Assembly (NCBI GenBank): GCA_963741205.1
Contig: CAVUHW010000031.1
Span: 1 to 64,000 of the forward strand
DNA length: 64,000 bases
Direction of reading: 5' to 3'
DNA from: Nitrospirota bacterium
Lineage (GTDB): Bacteria; Nitrospirota; UBA9217
Shown: one piece after another, positions 22,046-32,046 of the stretch
How positions within the stretch are numbered: the first letter of the stretch is position 1
Layout of the letters: each line of letters begins with the position of its first letter
The notes under the pieces: generated by a model
The model's database searches: none
Told to the model about the DNA's origin: nothing
The model's input: only the letters and a program-made list of their open reading frames with translations
Program-made: the position numbers and the translations under genes

Positions 22046-23356
22046 TCAGAAATGCGCCTCGATTCCCGCCATAAAACTCTTCTGGATAAGGGCGTTAAAT
22101 TCCGTGTTTCTTCCGTGATCGACGGAAACGGTGTTGATGTTGAAAAGCTGAAGTCGATTTGAGAGCTGCCACTCGATGATGGACGACGCCTGCCCCGCGC
22201 GCTCTTCCACGCCGTGCGTATAGCGGAGGATGATGTCCAGCACGTTCTTGATTTCCCTGACCTGATATTGACCCATGAGGTAATACCTCCTGAGGAAAGG
22301 CAATCCGTTGTTCAAGGACTCCGCCAGCGTTTTGTTCGAAAGCCCGGCGAGGACTGTGTTATCAAAAAAATGGTCGCTTGCGTTCTTTCTGAGCCGGTAG
22401 TATTCATCGGCTTCGGCATCTGTGTATCCCTGGCTGTTATACAGAAACTCCATGCTCAGGGTAGAGCCGGATAGAAACGTATAAGACCCTCCCGCAGTCA
22501 CGGTCGTAAAAATCCTGCTCGAATCCTCATATTTATTAACGAATGATGCCCCCAGCGGACTGGACGGATCCTGCTCGGCGTAGAGAGCGTCCGTTCCTCT
22601 TGTGACGAGCCCGTCATAGTAGAGGAGCAGGGCGTCCGATGCGGTCCATTGTCCGAAGCTTCCCATCCGGGCCCGGTCGTTTCGTCGATAATAGCCGATC
22701 ACACTGATCATGTAATCGCTCCCCACGATGTCGGCCTTGAGCGCTTGCAAAGGTTTGACCACTTCCTGCAGACCATTTTCCTCTTGTTGTGTCTCCGCGA
22801 TCACGGTGACCGTTAGCGTGTTATTCGGCACAGAGATCATCCTGGCGAGATATTTCCCCTCGACTTCGGTCTTCGGATTGATCTTTTCAGTATCTTTAAA
22901 CAGTATGTTCGAAGGGCTTGCTAAAAAGGACGGGCCCCAGAGCAATTTTTCCTTGCCGAAGGAGAAAAACACCGTCCTAAACGGCATCACCTGGACGCGC
23001 CATTCGTTCACAAAGGCCCTGTTCGGAGAATCAGTCTTGCCTTTTGTCGGGCCGTCCTCCCACCAGAGGTAAGCCTGCGTGAACCGGGGCTTGAAGACCG
23101 CGCTCACGGCAGGCTGTTCCCAGAAAAAATCCGGACGGACATCGAGTTCTCCGGAGTACCGGTAGAGGTTTAAAAAAGCGTTGTCCGGATTCTGAGTGGA
23201 AGATGCGGGGTATTGCGCCTCAGCGAAGATGAGTGTGTTGATATGGTAGGAAAAGGGGCTTTCCGCCTGTCCCGCCTCCTGGGCCACGGCGAGGGAAGCG
23301 GGGAGAAGGCACAACAACATCAACGGAACTATTGTCAATAATTGTCTGTACGTCAT
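22046..23356 (-). CDS. Probable outer-membrane beta-barrel protein
   Basis: Signal peptide, beta-strand pattern, C-terminal Phe (GIEAHF); last gene of the Lol-like cluster. Confidence 0.7.
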   Translation of the reverse strand: MTYRQLLTIVPLMLLCLLPASLAVAQEAGQAESPFSYHINTLIFAEAQYPASSTQNPDNAFLNLYRYSGELDVRPDFFWEQPAVSAVFKPRFTQAYLWWEDGPTKGKTDSPNRAFVNEWRVQVMPFRTVFFSFGKEKLLWGPSFLASPSNILFKDTEKINPKTEVEGKYLARMISVPNNTLTVTVIAETQQEENGLQEVVKPLQALKADIVGSDYMISVIGYYRRNDRARMGSFGQWTASDALLLYYDGLVTRGTDALYAEQDPSSPLGASFVNKYEDSSRIFTTVTAGGSYTFLSGSTLSMEFLYNSQGYTDAEADEYYRLRKNASDHFFDNTVLAGLSNKTLAESLNNGLPFLRRYYLMGQYQVREIKNVLDIILRYTHGVEERAGQASSIIEWQLSNRLQLFNINTVSVDHGRNTEFNALIQKSFMAGIEAHF

Positions 23357-23435
23357 GACGACTCTATGTTTCTCTCCGCGGCTGGCGCAGCGGACTTTTA
23401 GCAGGATATTAAAAAATCGTCGCCCGAGCAAAAAA

Positions 23436-23508
23436 CGCACCCTAAAGGGTGCGGCTACCTTGTTACATATCAAGGCGGCGTTTTGGTAGCCGCAGGCTTT
23501 AGCCTGCG
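23436..23508. repeat. Inverted pair of GTAG-type REP hairpins (REPIN-like)
   Basis: Reverse complement of GTAGCCGCACCCTTTAGGGTGCG, then GTAGCCGCAGGCTTTAGCCTGCG. Confidence 0.8.
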
Positions 23509-23540
23509 CGAAACAGTTATTCGACAGTATTTTAATATCC

Positions 23541-24293
23541 TTACCGCACCAGCAGGTTCATATTGAAGGTCGAATCAGGGATCGGACCGACCTTGATATT
23601 CCTATAGGTCATCGTCGTGGTCCGGTCCTTTTGGATCGCGTCCCTGATGACGAGTTCGGAAACAAAGGGAATCGCTTCCTGATCGTTGACATGAATGCGG
23701 TTGTCATATTTAAATTGCGCCGTCTTGAAAAGTTTGCCGGAGACCGTGTAGAACTCCGCTTTCACGCCCACGAGCCGTTCTTTCGAGACCCAATACTTGA
23801 TCCTGTCATAGGTCACGTTCTTGCTTGCGGCCTTGAGGTCAAGGACGAAGCAGGGTTCGCTCGAAACGACCTCCTCTCCCAGAAGAACAGCCTGGTAGTC
23901 ACCGGCGTAGTCGGTCGATGCGATATCGCCGTTCGCCGCATCTCCCATCAGTTTCTGGCGTGGGGAGATGGACACGGGCTTCTTCAGCCCGGCGCGAATG
24001 AACCACATGTTCCGGTCCTTCATCAGAACCACGCGGTCGTTCATGGCAGCGGGGAAGGTGTATTTGGCAAGGGTATCGTTCCCCTTGACCTTGACCGTCA
24101 TGCCGCGGGTCTCGGTGGAGCCCTCTTCGTTCGTGGTAATCGTAATGTCCCAGACAATGCCGCCCACGTTCCCCCGCGCCCGGTCCGCGTGCTTGAGGAT
24201 TTCCTGGACCTGCAATTCGGCGGCAAAGCCGGTTGTTCCTATACCAAGAATCAGAACCAACAGGACGGCTCTTAAACAGATGTATCGCGACAT
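23541..24293 (-). CDS. Outer-membrane lipoprotein-sorting (LolA-like) protein
   Basis: Signal peptide, ISPRQKLMGDAANGDIA, FYTVSGKLFK. Confidence 0.85.
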   Translation of the reverse strand: MSRYICLRAVLLVLILGIGTTGFAAELQVQEILKHADRARGNVGGIVWDITITTNEEGSTETRGMTVKVKGNDTLAKYTFPAAMNDRVVLMKDRNMWFIRAGLKKPVSISPRQKLMGDAANGDIASTDYAGDYQAVLLGEEVVSSEPCFVLDLKAASKNVTYDRIKYWVSKERLVGVKAEFYTVSGKLFKTAQFKYDNRIHVNDQEAIPFVSELVIRDAIQKDRTTTMTYRNIKVGPIPDSTFNMNLLVR

Positions 24294-24346
24294 GGAAGCC
24301 CCTCCTTGATTAGATTTCATCAGCCAAGCCGTATTCCGCATTACGT

Positions 24347-25597
24347 TCATATGTGTCCCAATGCATCGACAATAGTCATCCTGGCCGATCTCCTTGCAGG
24401 GACAAAGGCTGCAGCAAAAGACAGCATCGCCATGAAAACCACGCTCATCGCAAGGGCCGGCCATACAAGGTCTACCCTGAGGGGCACCGGGTTCGATGAG
24501 GCGGGCGGAATATACGTCGGATGGGTCGCAATGATGATGCTGTAGACCGCGAAGAAAATGAGGCCGCCTGCAATGCTTCCCAGGAGGCCCAGGAGCACGC
24601 CTTCGGTCGCAAACAGGAACTTCACGCCGTAGCGCTTGAGACCGAGCGCGCGCATAGTGCCGATCTCCCGGGTCCGCTCCATCACGGACATGCTCATGGT
24701 GTTGATGATACTCATGACCACGATCACGAGCACGATCGAGAAGATGAACAGGAAAATCATGTCGAAGAGGTTCTTGACCTGGTTGTAGAACACTGAAAGT
24801 TCATTCCAGGTCTTGATCTCCACACCGAAGCCCGCGTCGTCAAGCATCTTCCCGATCTCGGACGCGGCAGAACCGGCAGCCTTGCTCGTTCTTTCCGTTC
24901 TTTAGCAGCACAACAAGCCTTTCGGCGCCTGGAAAATCCACGAGGTCCTGCGCATGGCGGTACGTCATAAGCACTGTCTTGTCATTTGTCGCTGAAGCCC
25001 CGGTGTTGTAGATCCCGAGGACTTTCACGTCAAGGGCGTTCGCCATGCCGGAATAGGAATTGCTCAGGATGACGGCGTCGCTTCCTACTTTGAGATTCAG
25101 CATCTCGGCAAGTTCCGACCCGACGACGACCCCTGAGCGCTCGGTATCGGTCAGATAGGACCCCTTGAACGACGTGTATTTCGTCAGGTCACCACGGATG
25201 GCTGTGTCGTCAACAGGCACCAGCCCCTGGGAGATGAAGATCGTGGAATTCTTTCCGTTCGAAATGATCCCGGAAACCGAGAGCCTCGGGGTAACGAGCT
25301 CGACGTCCGGTCTCTGCCTGACAAGCGCGGATATTTTCTCGACCTCGTCGCGGGAGAACTGGTATTTTTCCGGATGCAGCTTCCCCTGGTCGAGATAAGC
25401 CTTTCTTGAAGATCGTCAGGTGCCCCAGCCCCTCGCCGTGAATCGCGGCGTTCGACAAGCCCCTCGTAGGTGCTGTGCACGTATCCCTGAAAGAGATTGA
25501 TCGCAGCATATCCCAGCGCAATTGCCAGGATCGTCATGAGGCTCCTTCTCCCGTTCTTTATGATGTTCCTGATCGATATGGTAAGCCACATGAACAT
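24347..25597 (-). CDS. FtsX/LolE-like ABC permease; frameshifted
   Basis: RNIIKNGRRS, SIINTMSMSVMERTREIGTMRALG. Confidence 0.9.
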
Positions 25598-25627
25598 AAG
25601 AACCCTCCTGAGATGCAACGGCTTTTT

Positions 25628-25724
25628 GCCGCAGAGCTCACAGAGAACACAGAGAGTAGCAATAAGTAAGTGACGAAAACCCTGTCTTATTATTTACCTC
25701 TGTGACCTCTGTGCCCTCTGTGGC
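25628..25724. repeat. Inverted nonamer array, family C (CACAGAGAA / CTCTGTG)
   Basis: GCCGCAGAGCTCACAGAGAACACAGAG...CTCTGTGACCTCTGTGCCCTCTGTGGC. Confidence 0.8.
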
Positions 25725-25732
25725 TGATGATT

Positions 25733-26410
25733 TCAGCCGTTATTAACGATCTTCCCATCATCGATCCTCACCACCCGTTTCACCCTGTCGATGAGCCGCT
25801 GGTCATGGGTCGAAAATACGAAGGTCGCCTTTTCCCGCTCGTTCAGTTCCTTCATGAGATCGATGATCGACTGCGCGGTCTCGTGGTCCAGGTTCGCCGT
25901 GGGCTCGTCCGCCAGGATGAGCATCGGCCTGGTCACGAGCGCACGCGCAATAGCCACCCGCTGGCGCTGGCCGCCCGAGAGCTTGTCCGGCCTGTGGCGC
26001 AGATAGTCCGCCAACCCCACCTCATCGAGCCGCTCAGCCGCCTCCTTGCGTATATCCGAAATTCTGCCGCCCCTGATCTGGAGCGACAGCATCACGTTCT
26101 CGAGCGCGGTCAAGACAGACACGAGATTGAAATTCTGGAAGATGTACCCGATGGTCCCGTTCCGGAGCTCGGCCTTCTGGTTGTCCGTAAGACGGGAAAT
26201 GTCCCGGCCGTCGATCACGACCTCCCCGTCCGTCGGATCGTCGATGGCGCCTGCGAGATTAAGGAGTGTGGTCTTCCCGCTCCCCGAGGCGCCGAGCACG
26301 GCGATAAACTCGCCTTTCCCGATAGACAGGTCCACCCCCCGCAGTGCATGCACCACGGTCTCGCCGAGCCGGTAGTCTTTTCTTACGTTCTTGAATTCGA
26401 GGATGTTCAT
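25733..26410 (-). CDS. ABC ATP-binding protein (LolD/MacB-like)
   Basis: GASGSGKT, LSGGQRQR, ADEPTANLD. Confidence 0.92.
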   Translation of the reverse strand: MNILEFKNVRKDYRLGETVVHALRGVDLSIGKGEFIAVLGASGSGKTTLLNLAGAIDDPTDGEVVIDGRDISRLTDNQKAELRNGTIGYIFQNFNLVSVLTALENVMLSLQIRGGRISDIRKEAAERLDEVGLADYLRHRPDKLSGGQRQRVAIARALVTRPMLILADEPTANLDHETAQSIIDLMKELNEREKATFVFSTHDQRLIDRVKRVVRIDDGKIVNNG

Positions 26411-26427
26411 CGTTTGCCTCCTTCATC

Positions 26428-26513
26428 TAATCCCTCTCCCCTGCGGGGAGAGGGCGGGGCCTGCACCCAGCGCTTACGAGTGCTATGCGCGAGTGCAGGG
26501 CGTGAGGGGGGGA
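26428..26513. repeat. Family D half-element with nested module F
   Basis: CCCTCTCCCCTGCGGGGAGAGGGCGGGG[CCTGCACCCAGCG...GAGTGCAGGGC]GTGAGGGG. Confidence 0.8.
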
Positions 26514-26679
26514 ATTCGTTCTGTCCCAACGATAACCGAATCAAGGACTCATGACAAGAAATGTGCGACGAACGGTAGAAATGAGGGATGAATGGTATGG
26601 AGGAAGGATGAACTGATAAGGCGTTTCAACTGGGATCGTCGAGGAGGAGACTAGGAATCCCGGCGATGACGAAGCGCCG

Positions 26680-26745
26680 GAAGAACGCATAGGTTCACGG
26701 CTCAGGCTGCAAGGCCTCTTCGTCCGGTGGAACCGCTGGTTAGGC
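26680..26745 (-). mobile_element. Solo integron attC-like site
   Basis: Minus strand GCCTAAC-CAGCG-GTTCCAC-CGGAC...GCCGTGAAC-CTATGC-GTT. Confidence 0.6.
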
Positions 26746-27014
26746 AGTGTTCTCGGGCGCATGCGCAATGGTGTGGCGGACTAGTACCCAGCACACAGGA
26801 AGGTCGGGTTGCCAAGAACGGGTATTTATAGGGGGGAGACGCTGATAGCGTAGAAATTTAATATGGATGAGCGGCGTGCGCGCAACTCTCTGACGCTTAC
26901 TATGCCGCTTAGCCCGCTACATTCTGGATCCCGATAGGAGCATTCGGGGATGACGGCTTGAAGTATGTACATACTATTATAAGACCATTTATAATTCAGT
27001 CTATTTCACGTTTC

Positions 27015-28083
27015 TTAACTGAACATCAGCTTTCGCTCAAGGTCTTTCGAGCGGGAGATGCGCTTTGCCTCATCGAGAGTCAGGAGTTCCGCTCTGCAGA
27101 GCTCAATGAGATGCTGGTCCATTGTCTGCATGCTGTATTCGTCGCGTCCCTTTTCGATGTACTGCTCGATCTCATCGAGTTTATTGTCCCTGATGCACGC
27201 CTTAATGGCAGAAGTTGCATACATCACTTCAAGGACGGGAAGAATAGTTTCCTCTTTTTTCCCTCTTACAAGCCTCAGAGAGATAATTGCGATGAGGCTC
27301 TCTGCCAGCCTTTGCCTGATATTCTCATGCGCCTGGGGCGGGAAATAACCGACGATACGGTTGATGGATTGAGCCGTATTATGGGTATGAAGCGTGGACA
27401 ATACCAGATGCCCCGTCTCGGCGGCCTTAACGCAGGCGTCTATGGTTTCGAGGTCGCGCAGTTCTCCGACCATAATGACGTCCGGGTTCATGCGCATTGC
27501 AGACCGTAATGCAACGCTGAAACTTTCCGTATCGATGCCTACTTCCCTCTGGATAATACAGCTTTTGTTCGAAGTGAACAGAAACTCGATCGGGTCCTCG
27601 ATCGTAATGATATTGTAATCGAAATTATCATTGATAAACCTCATCATCGAAGCGAGCGTCGTTGATTTGCCGTTGCCGGTCGGCCCGGTGACGAGAATCA
27701 GGCCGTTAGGAACCTGAGCAATCCTGCCGAGCACCGGCGGAAGATTCAACTCCTCGAACGTTCCGATCTGGTGAGGTATAACGCGCATAACAACGCCGAG
27801 ATTGCCGCGCTGACGGAAGATGCTCACCCGGAAGCGGCCGACATTCGGCAGAGTATAGGAAGTATCAAATTCCTTTAAGTCTTCGGGCAGGTTTCCGGTT
27901 TTGCTGCTCCATGACCGTGTTTGCGACGAATTCAGTATCTTTTTTCGTCAAGTTCGCGAGCTTGGCGCGGATAAGATGACCGCGTGCCCGGAACATCGGC
28001 GGGTTGTCGACCTCAAAATGGATATCCGAGACCTTTTTGTCGAAGGCAATGTGAAGAATCTGATTAAATACTGCAATGTCCAT
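27015..28083 (-). CDS. pilT: PilT/PilU-family type IV pilus ATPase; one frameshift
   Basis: SDIHF, GLILVTGPTGNGKST, ITIEDPIE, QREVG, AETGHLVLSTLHT. Confidence 0.85.
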
Positions 28084-28125
28084 GGCGTATTGTACCTCCG
28101 CGATAGAATTATCTTTGTCCTTAAG

Positions 28126-28166
28126 ACCCTCGCCTTCAAGGAGAGGGACCGGGTGAGGATGGGTCC
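28126..28166. repeat. Family D half-element
   Basis: CCCTCGCCTTCAAGGAGAGGGACCGGGTGAGGATGGG. Confidence 0.65.
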
Positions 28167-28200
28167 GCCCCGGGGATTGCAAGTCGCGGGATTGCTGTCT

Positions 28201-29979
28201 CTATTTTTGAGCCGTTTTCGCGACCTGTCTGCGGAAAATCGCATATTCCAGAACGATGCCCGCTTGCAGGGAAAGGATCTCGAGCATGTCGAGCCGTACA
28301 GGAGACGCCTCTTTCTGCCCGAAATCCCCGTATATCATCGCTACGACCTTTCCATCACTTATCAAGGGCAGCAGAACAATGGCGGGACTGAGCGGCTTGC
28401 CTATTTCTGCAAAAAATGTCCTGAGCGTTTCATCGCCGCTCTCTCCGTAATAGACCCGCCCTTTTTCGATAACGTCCCGGAAAACCGAAGGCTTTGAAAG
28501 CTGGATCTTCAACCGGTCCGCCGGAGTCGGCCCCATGCTTTTTTCGGAACTGATCCCTATGGCCCGTTCACCGATCAGTTCCGAAGGCCGGACGACAAAC
28601 GTGACCGCGCGTTCGAACATCCTCGGAAACAGCGGTGAGAACCACGAGCGCCGCATCGGAAGGAATCGTGATCTTGCTCAGCGACAGTGATGTCGTCTTT
28701 CAGTTTCTTGCCGTAGATATCGGCATCATCGTGTCCGTACTGAAAACTCCTGACATACGACTTGAAGGTGTCGAGGAACTTTATCGTGTCCTGGATGTAC
28801 GTTTCTCTCCGGTCTTCTTTCGACGGTTTGGGGAAAACAGCCCTTACGCCGTCATGGTACGATTGAAGGATGAAATCAGTATCCTGAGGAGAGGCGAATT
28901 GGATCATGGGAACCGCAGAGTACTTTCCGCTCACCTGCTTCCTCAGATCTGCGATATTTTCCCTGGAAAACCCGCCCTCCGATCTCGCGGGATTGTCAAA
29001 GACAACGACAGGCATTCTCGCGGAAAGGAGGCACTGCGATACCATCCGGTCGAGCTCCTTTTCGTCGTCTGTCGCAAATACGAGTACTCCCTCATCGTTG
29101 CAGAGAGACATCACTGAATGATTGATCAGCGCATCACTGCTGAAAATGACGACAGCCTTGCTCGCTTGCTTCGCCGCAGCGTCGGGCGCAGCCTTACGAC
29201 CCGCGGATTTCCTCAGAAAAGAAACAAATGACTCCTGCTCTTCGAAAGAAAAACCCGGGAGCAATTCCTTTATTTTCTGGCGATGGATTGCGACCGGATC
29301 AAAGATTTCCATTTCGGAAACAGGCCCGGGTATTTTCTTCTCAAGCCGGTCGAGGTCGGCAAGCCCGAGATCATCCGCGGTAATTGTCGAACGTTCTCCT
29401 TTTGTTTCACCGGCGCTTTCCTCGGGAAGGACATCGGCATAGAGCGCCTCGAGGGAAGGCACTTCTTTTCCGGCCGCGCGGTCACGTTCCCGCTCGTCGA
29501 AGATACGAAGCTGCATCCATCAAAACCATCTGGGCATCAACTTCCAGATCCTGCTCTCCTTCGTAAGAAACGACAATCGTATCCGTGTCGAACATAAAGG
29601 TGCCCTTCGTCCAGCTCATCAGCTCAACGATCGTCATCTCGACCAGCTTTTTTAATCCTCTCAGCGCGTCTTCCGGTTGCAGCTTGCCCATCTGTACCAG
29701 GGTAGCGAGAAGCGGTACGCGGTTTTTATCCGCATTCTTCATGACACCCATTGCCTGCTTCAGATCGTCAATCGTTATGGCGCCCGTCTTTACCAGGACG
29801 GTCCCGATGCGGACGCTATTGTCGATATGATTTGCACTGACAATATATCCGTTTCTGAAAACAATCTTGCTCTCCCCTTTGCTCCCCTTAACGGAAAAAA
29901 TACCGGATTTCCTCGTTGAGTGGACCAACTGGATAATGTCTACTATAGGCAGATGTTCTAAATCTCCGGTAAACGCCAT
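28201..29979 (-). CDS. DUF4388-domain signalling protein with degenerate receiver-like and GAF-like regions; frameshifted
   Basis: MAFTGDLEHLPIVDIIQL..RKSG, W..GTF.F; C-terminal LPLISDGKVVAMIYGD. Confidence 0.8.
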
Positions 29980-30067
29980 ATTCTCTCGTATTAATCCTTG
30001 GTAAGTATCCCCGTTAGGGGTATTGAAATAGTAGCAGATTATATAATGATAAGGAATAAGAATCAAG

Positions 30068-30826
30068 CTACATCTGCTTGAACAGGTGCGCGTAGGCGCG
30101 GCTGACGGTCAGGCGGTCAGGGATGTCCTTGAACCGGATGGTATAGGTCCCGGCAACGGAACGGCTCACGGCAAGTATGGACTTTGCGTTCACGACAGCA
30201 GCCCGGTGCACGCGCCAGAAAAGCTCGGGGTCGAGTTCTTCCTCCAGTTCCTTGATGGACTTCCGGATCAGGAACTCGCCGTCCCTGGTCCGGACCGTCG
30301 TGTATTTGTCCGTGGACTTGACATAGTAAACGTCGGCCACGGGGATGAGCTTGATGCCGTCCTTGTGCTGAGCCTTGATCCACTGCAGATGAGCGGATGA
30401 TTTTTGGAGGGAGCGAGAGACTTTTTCAAGGGCAGAGGAAATGTCCGGCAGCTTTACGGCCGCTGAGAAGCGTTCTCTCAGCCGTTTCAGGGTTTTCTCC
30501 AGCCGGTCTCCTGAAACGGGTTTGAGGAGATAGTCCACGGCCTCGCTTTCGAAAGCCTCGATCGCGTATTTGTCGTACGCCGTGACGAAGACAAAAAGAC
30601 ATTTTCCCGCCGCCCTCTTTGCCACCTCGAGGCCGGTCATGCCCGGCATGCTGATGTCCAGAAACGCTATGTCCGGCTCTTCGTCATGGATAAGCCTGAG
30701 CGCGGCCTCTCCGTCCCCGGCCTCGCCTGCAATCTCAAGCCCTGGCCAGAGTTCAGCAAGCTTCCTTTTGAGGTGCTGCCTGAGCGCCTCTTCGTCGTCA
30801 GCGATGATTGCCCGAATCGGTTTCAT
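30068..30826 (-). CDS. LytTR-family response regulator
   Basis: ADDE, FLDISMPG, FVTAYD, DYLLKP, FWRVHR, VSR.Y. Confidence 0.93.
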   Translation of the reverse strand: MKPIRAIIADDEEALRQHLKRKLAELWPGLEIAGEAGDGEAALRLIHDEEPDIAFLDISMPGMTGLEVAKRAAGKCLFVFVTAYDKYAIEAFESEAVDYLLKPVSGDRLEKTLKRLRERFSAAVKLPDISSALEKVSRSLQKSSAHLQWIKAQHKDGIKLIPVADVYYVKSTDKYTTVRTRDGEFLIRKSIKELEEELDPELFWRVHRAAVVNAKSILAVSRSVAGTYTIRFKDIPDRLTVSRAYAHLFKQM

Positions 30827-31862
30827 AGGGTATCTCGATCGTCACCTTCACTCCCGAGGGTTCATTCTCCTCGAACAGCAGCCTGCCCGGTTCCCCGTAC
30901 AGGAGTCCAAGGCGCTTCCTGATGTTCTCAAGGCCTATGCCGCTGCCCGCGCTCTTATCGTTTACGCCGATTCCGGAATCAGCTACCATGATCCTGATCC
31001 TGTCGCCGTCTCGCATCGCTTTAATGGATATAGCGCCGCCCCCGACCTTCGGCTCAAGGCCGTGCTTTACCGCATTCTCAACCAGCGGTTGAATGAGGAG
31101 CGGCGGAATGCGCGTCGTTTTCACATCATCCGGAACTTCAATGCCGTATTGCAGCCGCTCTCCCATGCGAACGGAAAATACTTCGAGGTAGCTCCTGACG
31201 ACGTTCATTTCCTGATCGAGAGTCACGGTTCGCTCACGTGCCAATGTTATCGACGAGCGCAGAAAGGACGTAAAAGATTCAAGCATGCGCCGCGCCTTGT
31301 CCCGGTCGGTGTCGATCAGGCCAAGGACGTTCGAGAGGGTATTGAACAGGAAATGCGGCTCCATCTGGGACTGATAGAGCCTGAGCTCGGCCTCCATGGC
31401 GTTCTTCTCGGTTTCGAGCCTTCGCACCTTTTCCCCTGAGATGACGGAGACGGATATGAAGACGAAGCTTACGACGAATCCGAACAGGAGGGCCAGAAGG
31501 ACCACCTGGCCGAAGAAGGACGAGTGGTCCCGCAGAAAAACACCGGGGCCCATGCCGTTTGCAACGGCGCCGAGCATGGTGCCGAATATTGCCCCGGCGA
31601 TGACCGACAGTACGATGATCGCGATCTGCACGGGAAGGGACTTTGCGCGGCGGTAGACGGGGATTGCGACGAGGTTCGCAAGGAAAATAGAATTGCCGAT
31701 GCACTGGGAAAATATGAGATTGACGACGAAACCCCTCCCGAACCCGATGGCCGTAAGGATGACGGCGATCAGGGTGTTGATGACGGCATTGGCCAGAAGG
31801 GACAGGATGATCCTTCTGCCGGTGAACTGCTTGGCATCTATATGGATGAGATTGTCCGTCAT
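30798..31862 (-). CDS. LytS-family sensor histidine kinase
   Basis: N-terminal TM helices, QMEPHFLFNTL, QPLVENAVKHG, GIGLEN. Confidence 0.93.
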   Translation of the reverse strand: MTDNLIHIDAKQFTGRRIILSLLANAVINTLIAVILTAIGFGRGFVVNLIFSQCIGNSIFLANLVAIPVYRRAKSLPVQIAIIVLSVIAGAIFGTMLGAVANGMGPGVFLRDHSSFFGQVVLLALLFGFVVSFVFISVSVISGEKVRRLETEKNAMEAELRLYQSQMEPHFLFNTLSNVLGLIDTDRDKARRMLESFTSFLRSSITLARERTVTLDQEMNVVRSYLEVFSVRMGERLQYGIEVPDDVKTTRIPPLLIQPLVENAVKHGLEPKVGGGAISIKAMRDGDRIRIMVADSGIGVNDKSAGSGIGLENIRKRLGLLYGEPGRLLFEENEPSGVKVTIEIPYETDSGNHR

Positions 31863-31993
31863 CAGTACGCCCCGCGCGCGAGGACAATCCGCGCATGACG
31901 ACAAAGAATAACATAGTTTAGAGGAAAATGATAGGTGTGGCGGTCGCCGGCAGGTTTAAAAAACGGGGTTACTGCGTGTTTGGGAATCTTTAT

Positions 31994-32027
31994 AAAAAAA
32001 GAAGGGCTCCACTGCGGAGCCCTTCTT
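31994..32027 (-). terminator. Intrinsic terminator of the DUF4382 gene
   Basis: AAGAAGGGCTCC-loop-GGAGCCCTTCTT with an A7 flank on the plus strand. Confidence 0.8.
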
Positions 32028-32046
32028 GTGGTAACAATACTATGAT

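Noticed and set aside
26563-26915. Possible group II intron (starts GTGCGACG)
   Set aside because: No convincing domain V/VI, no RT ORF and too short; an attC remnant on the other strand explains part of it better.
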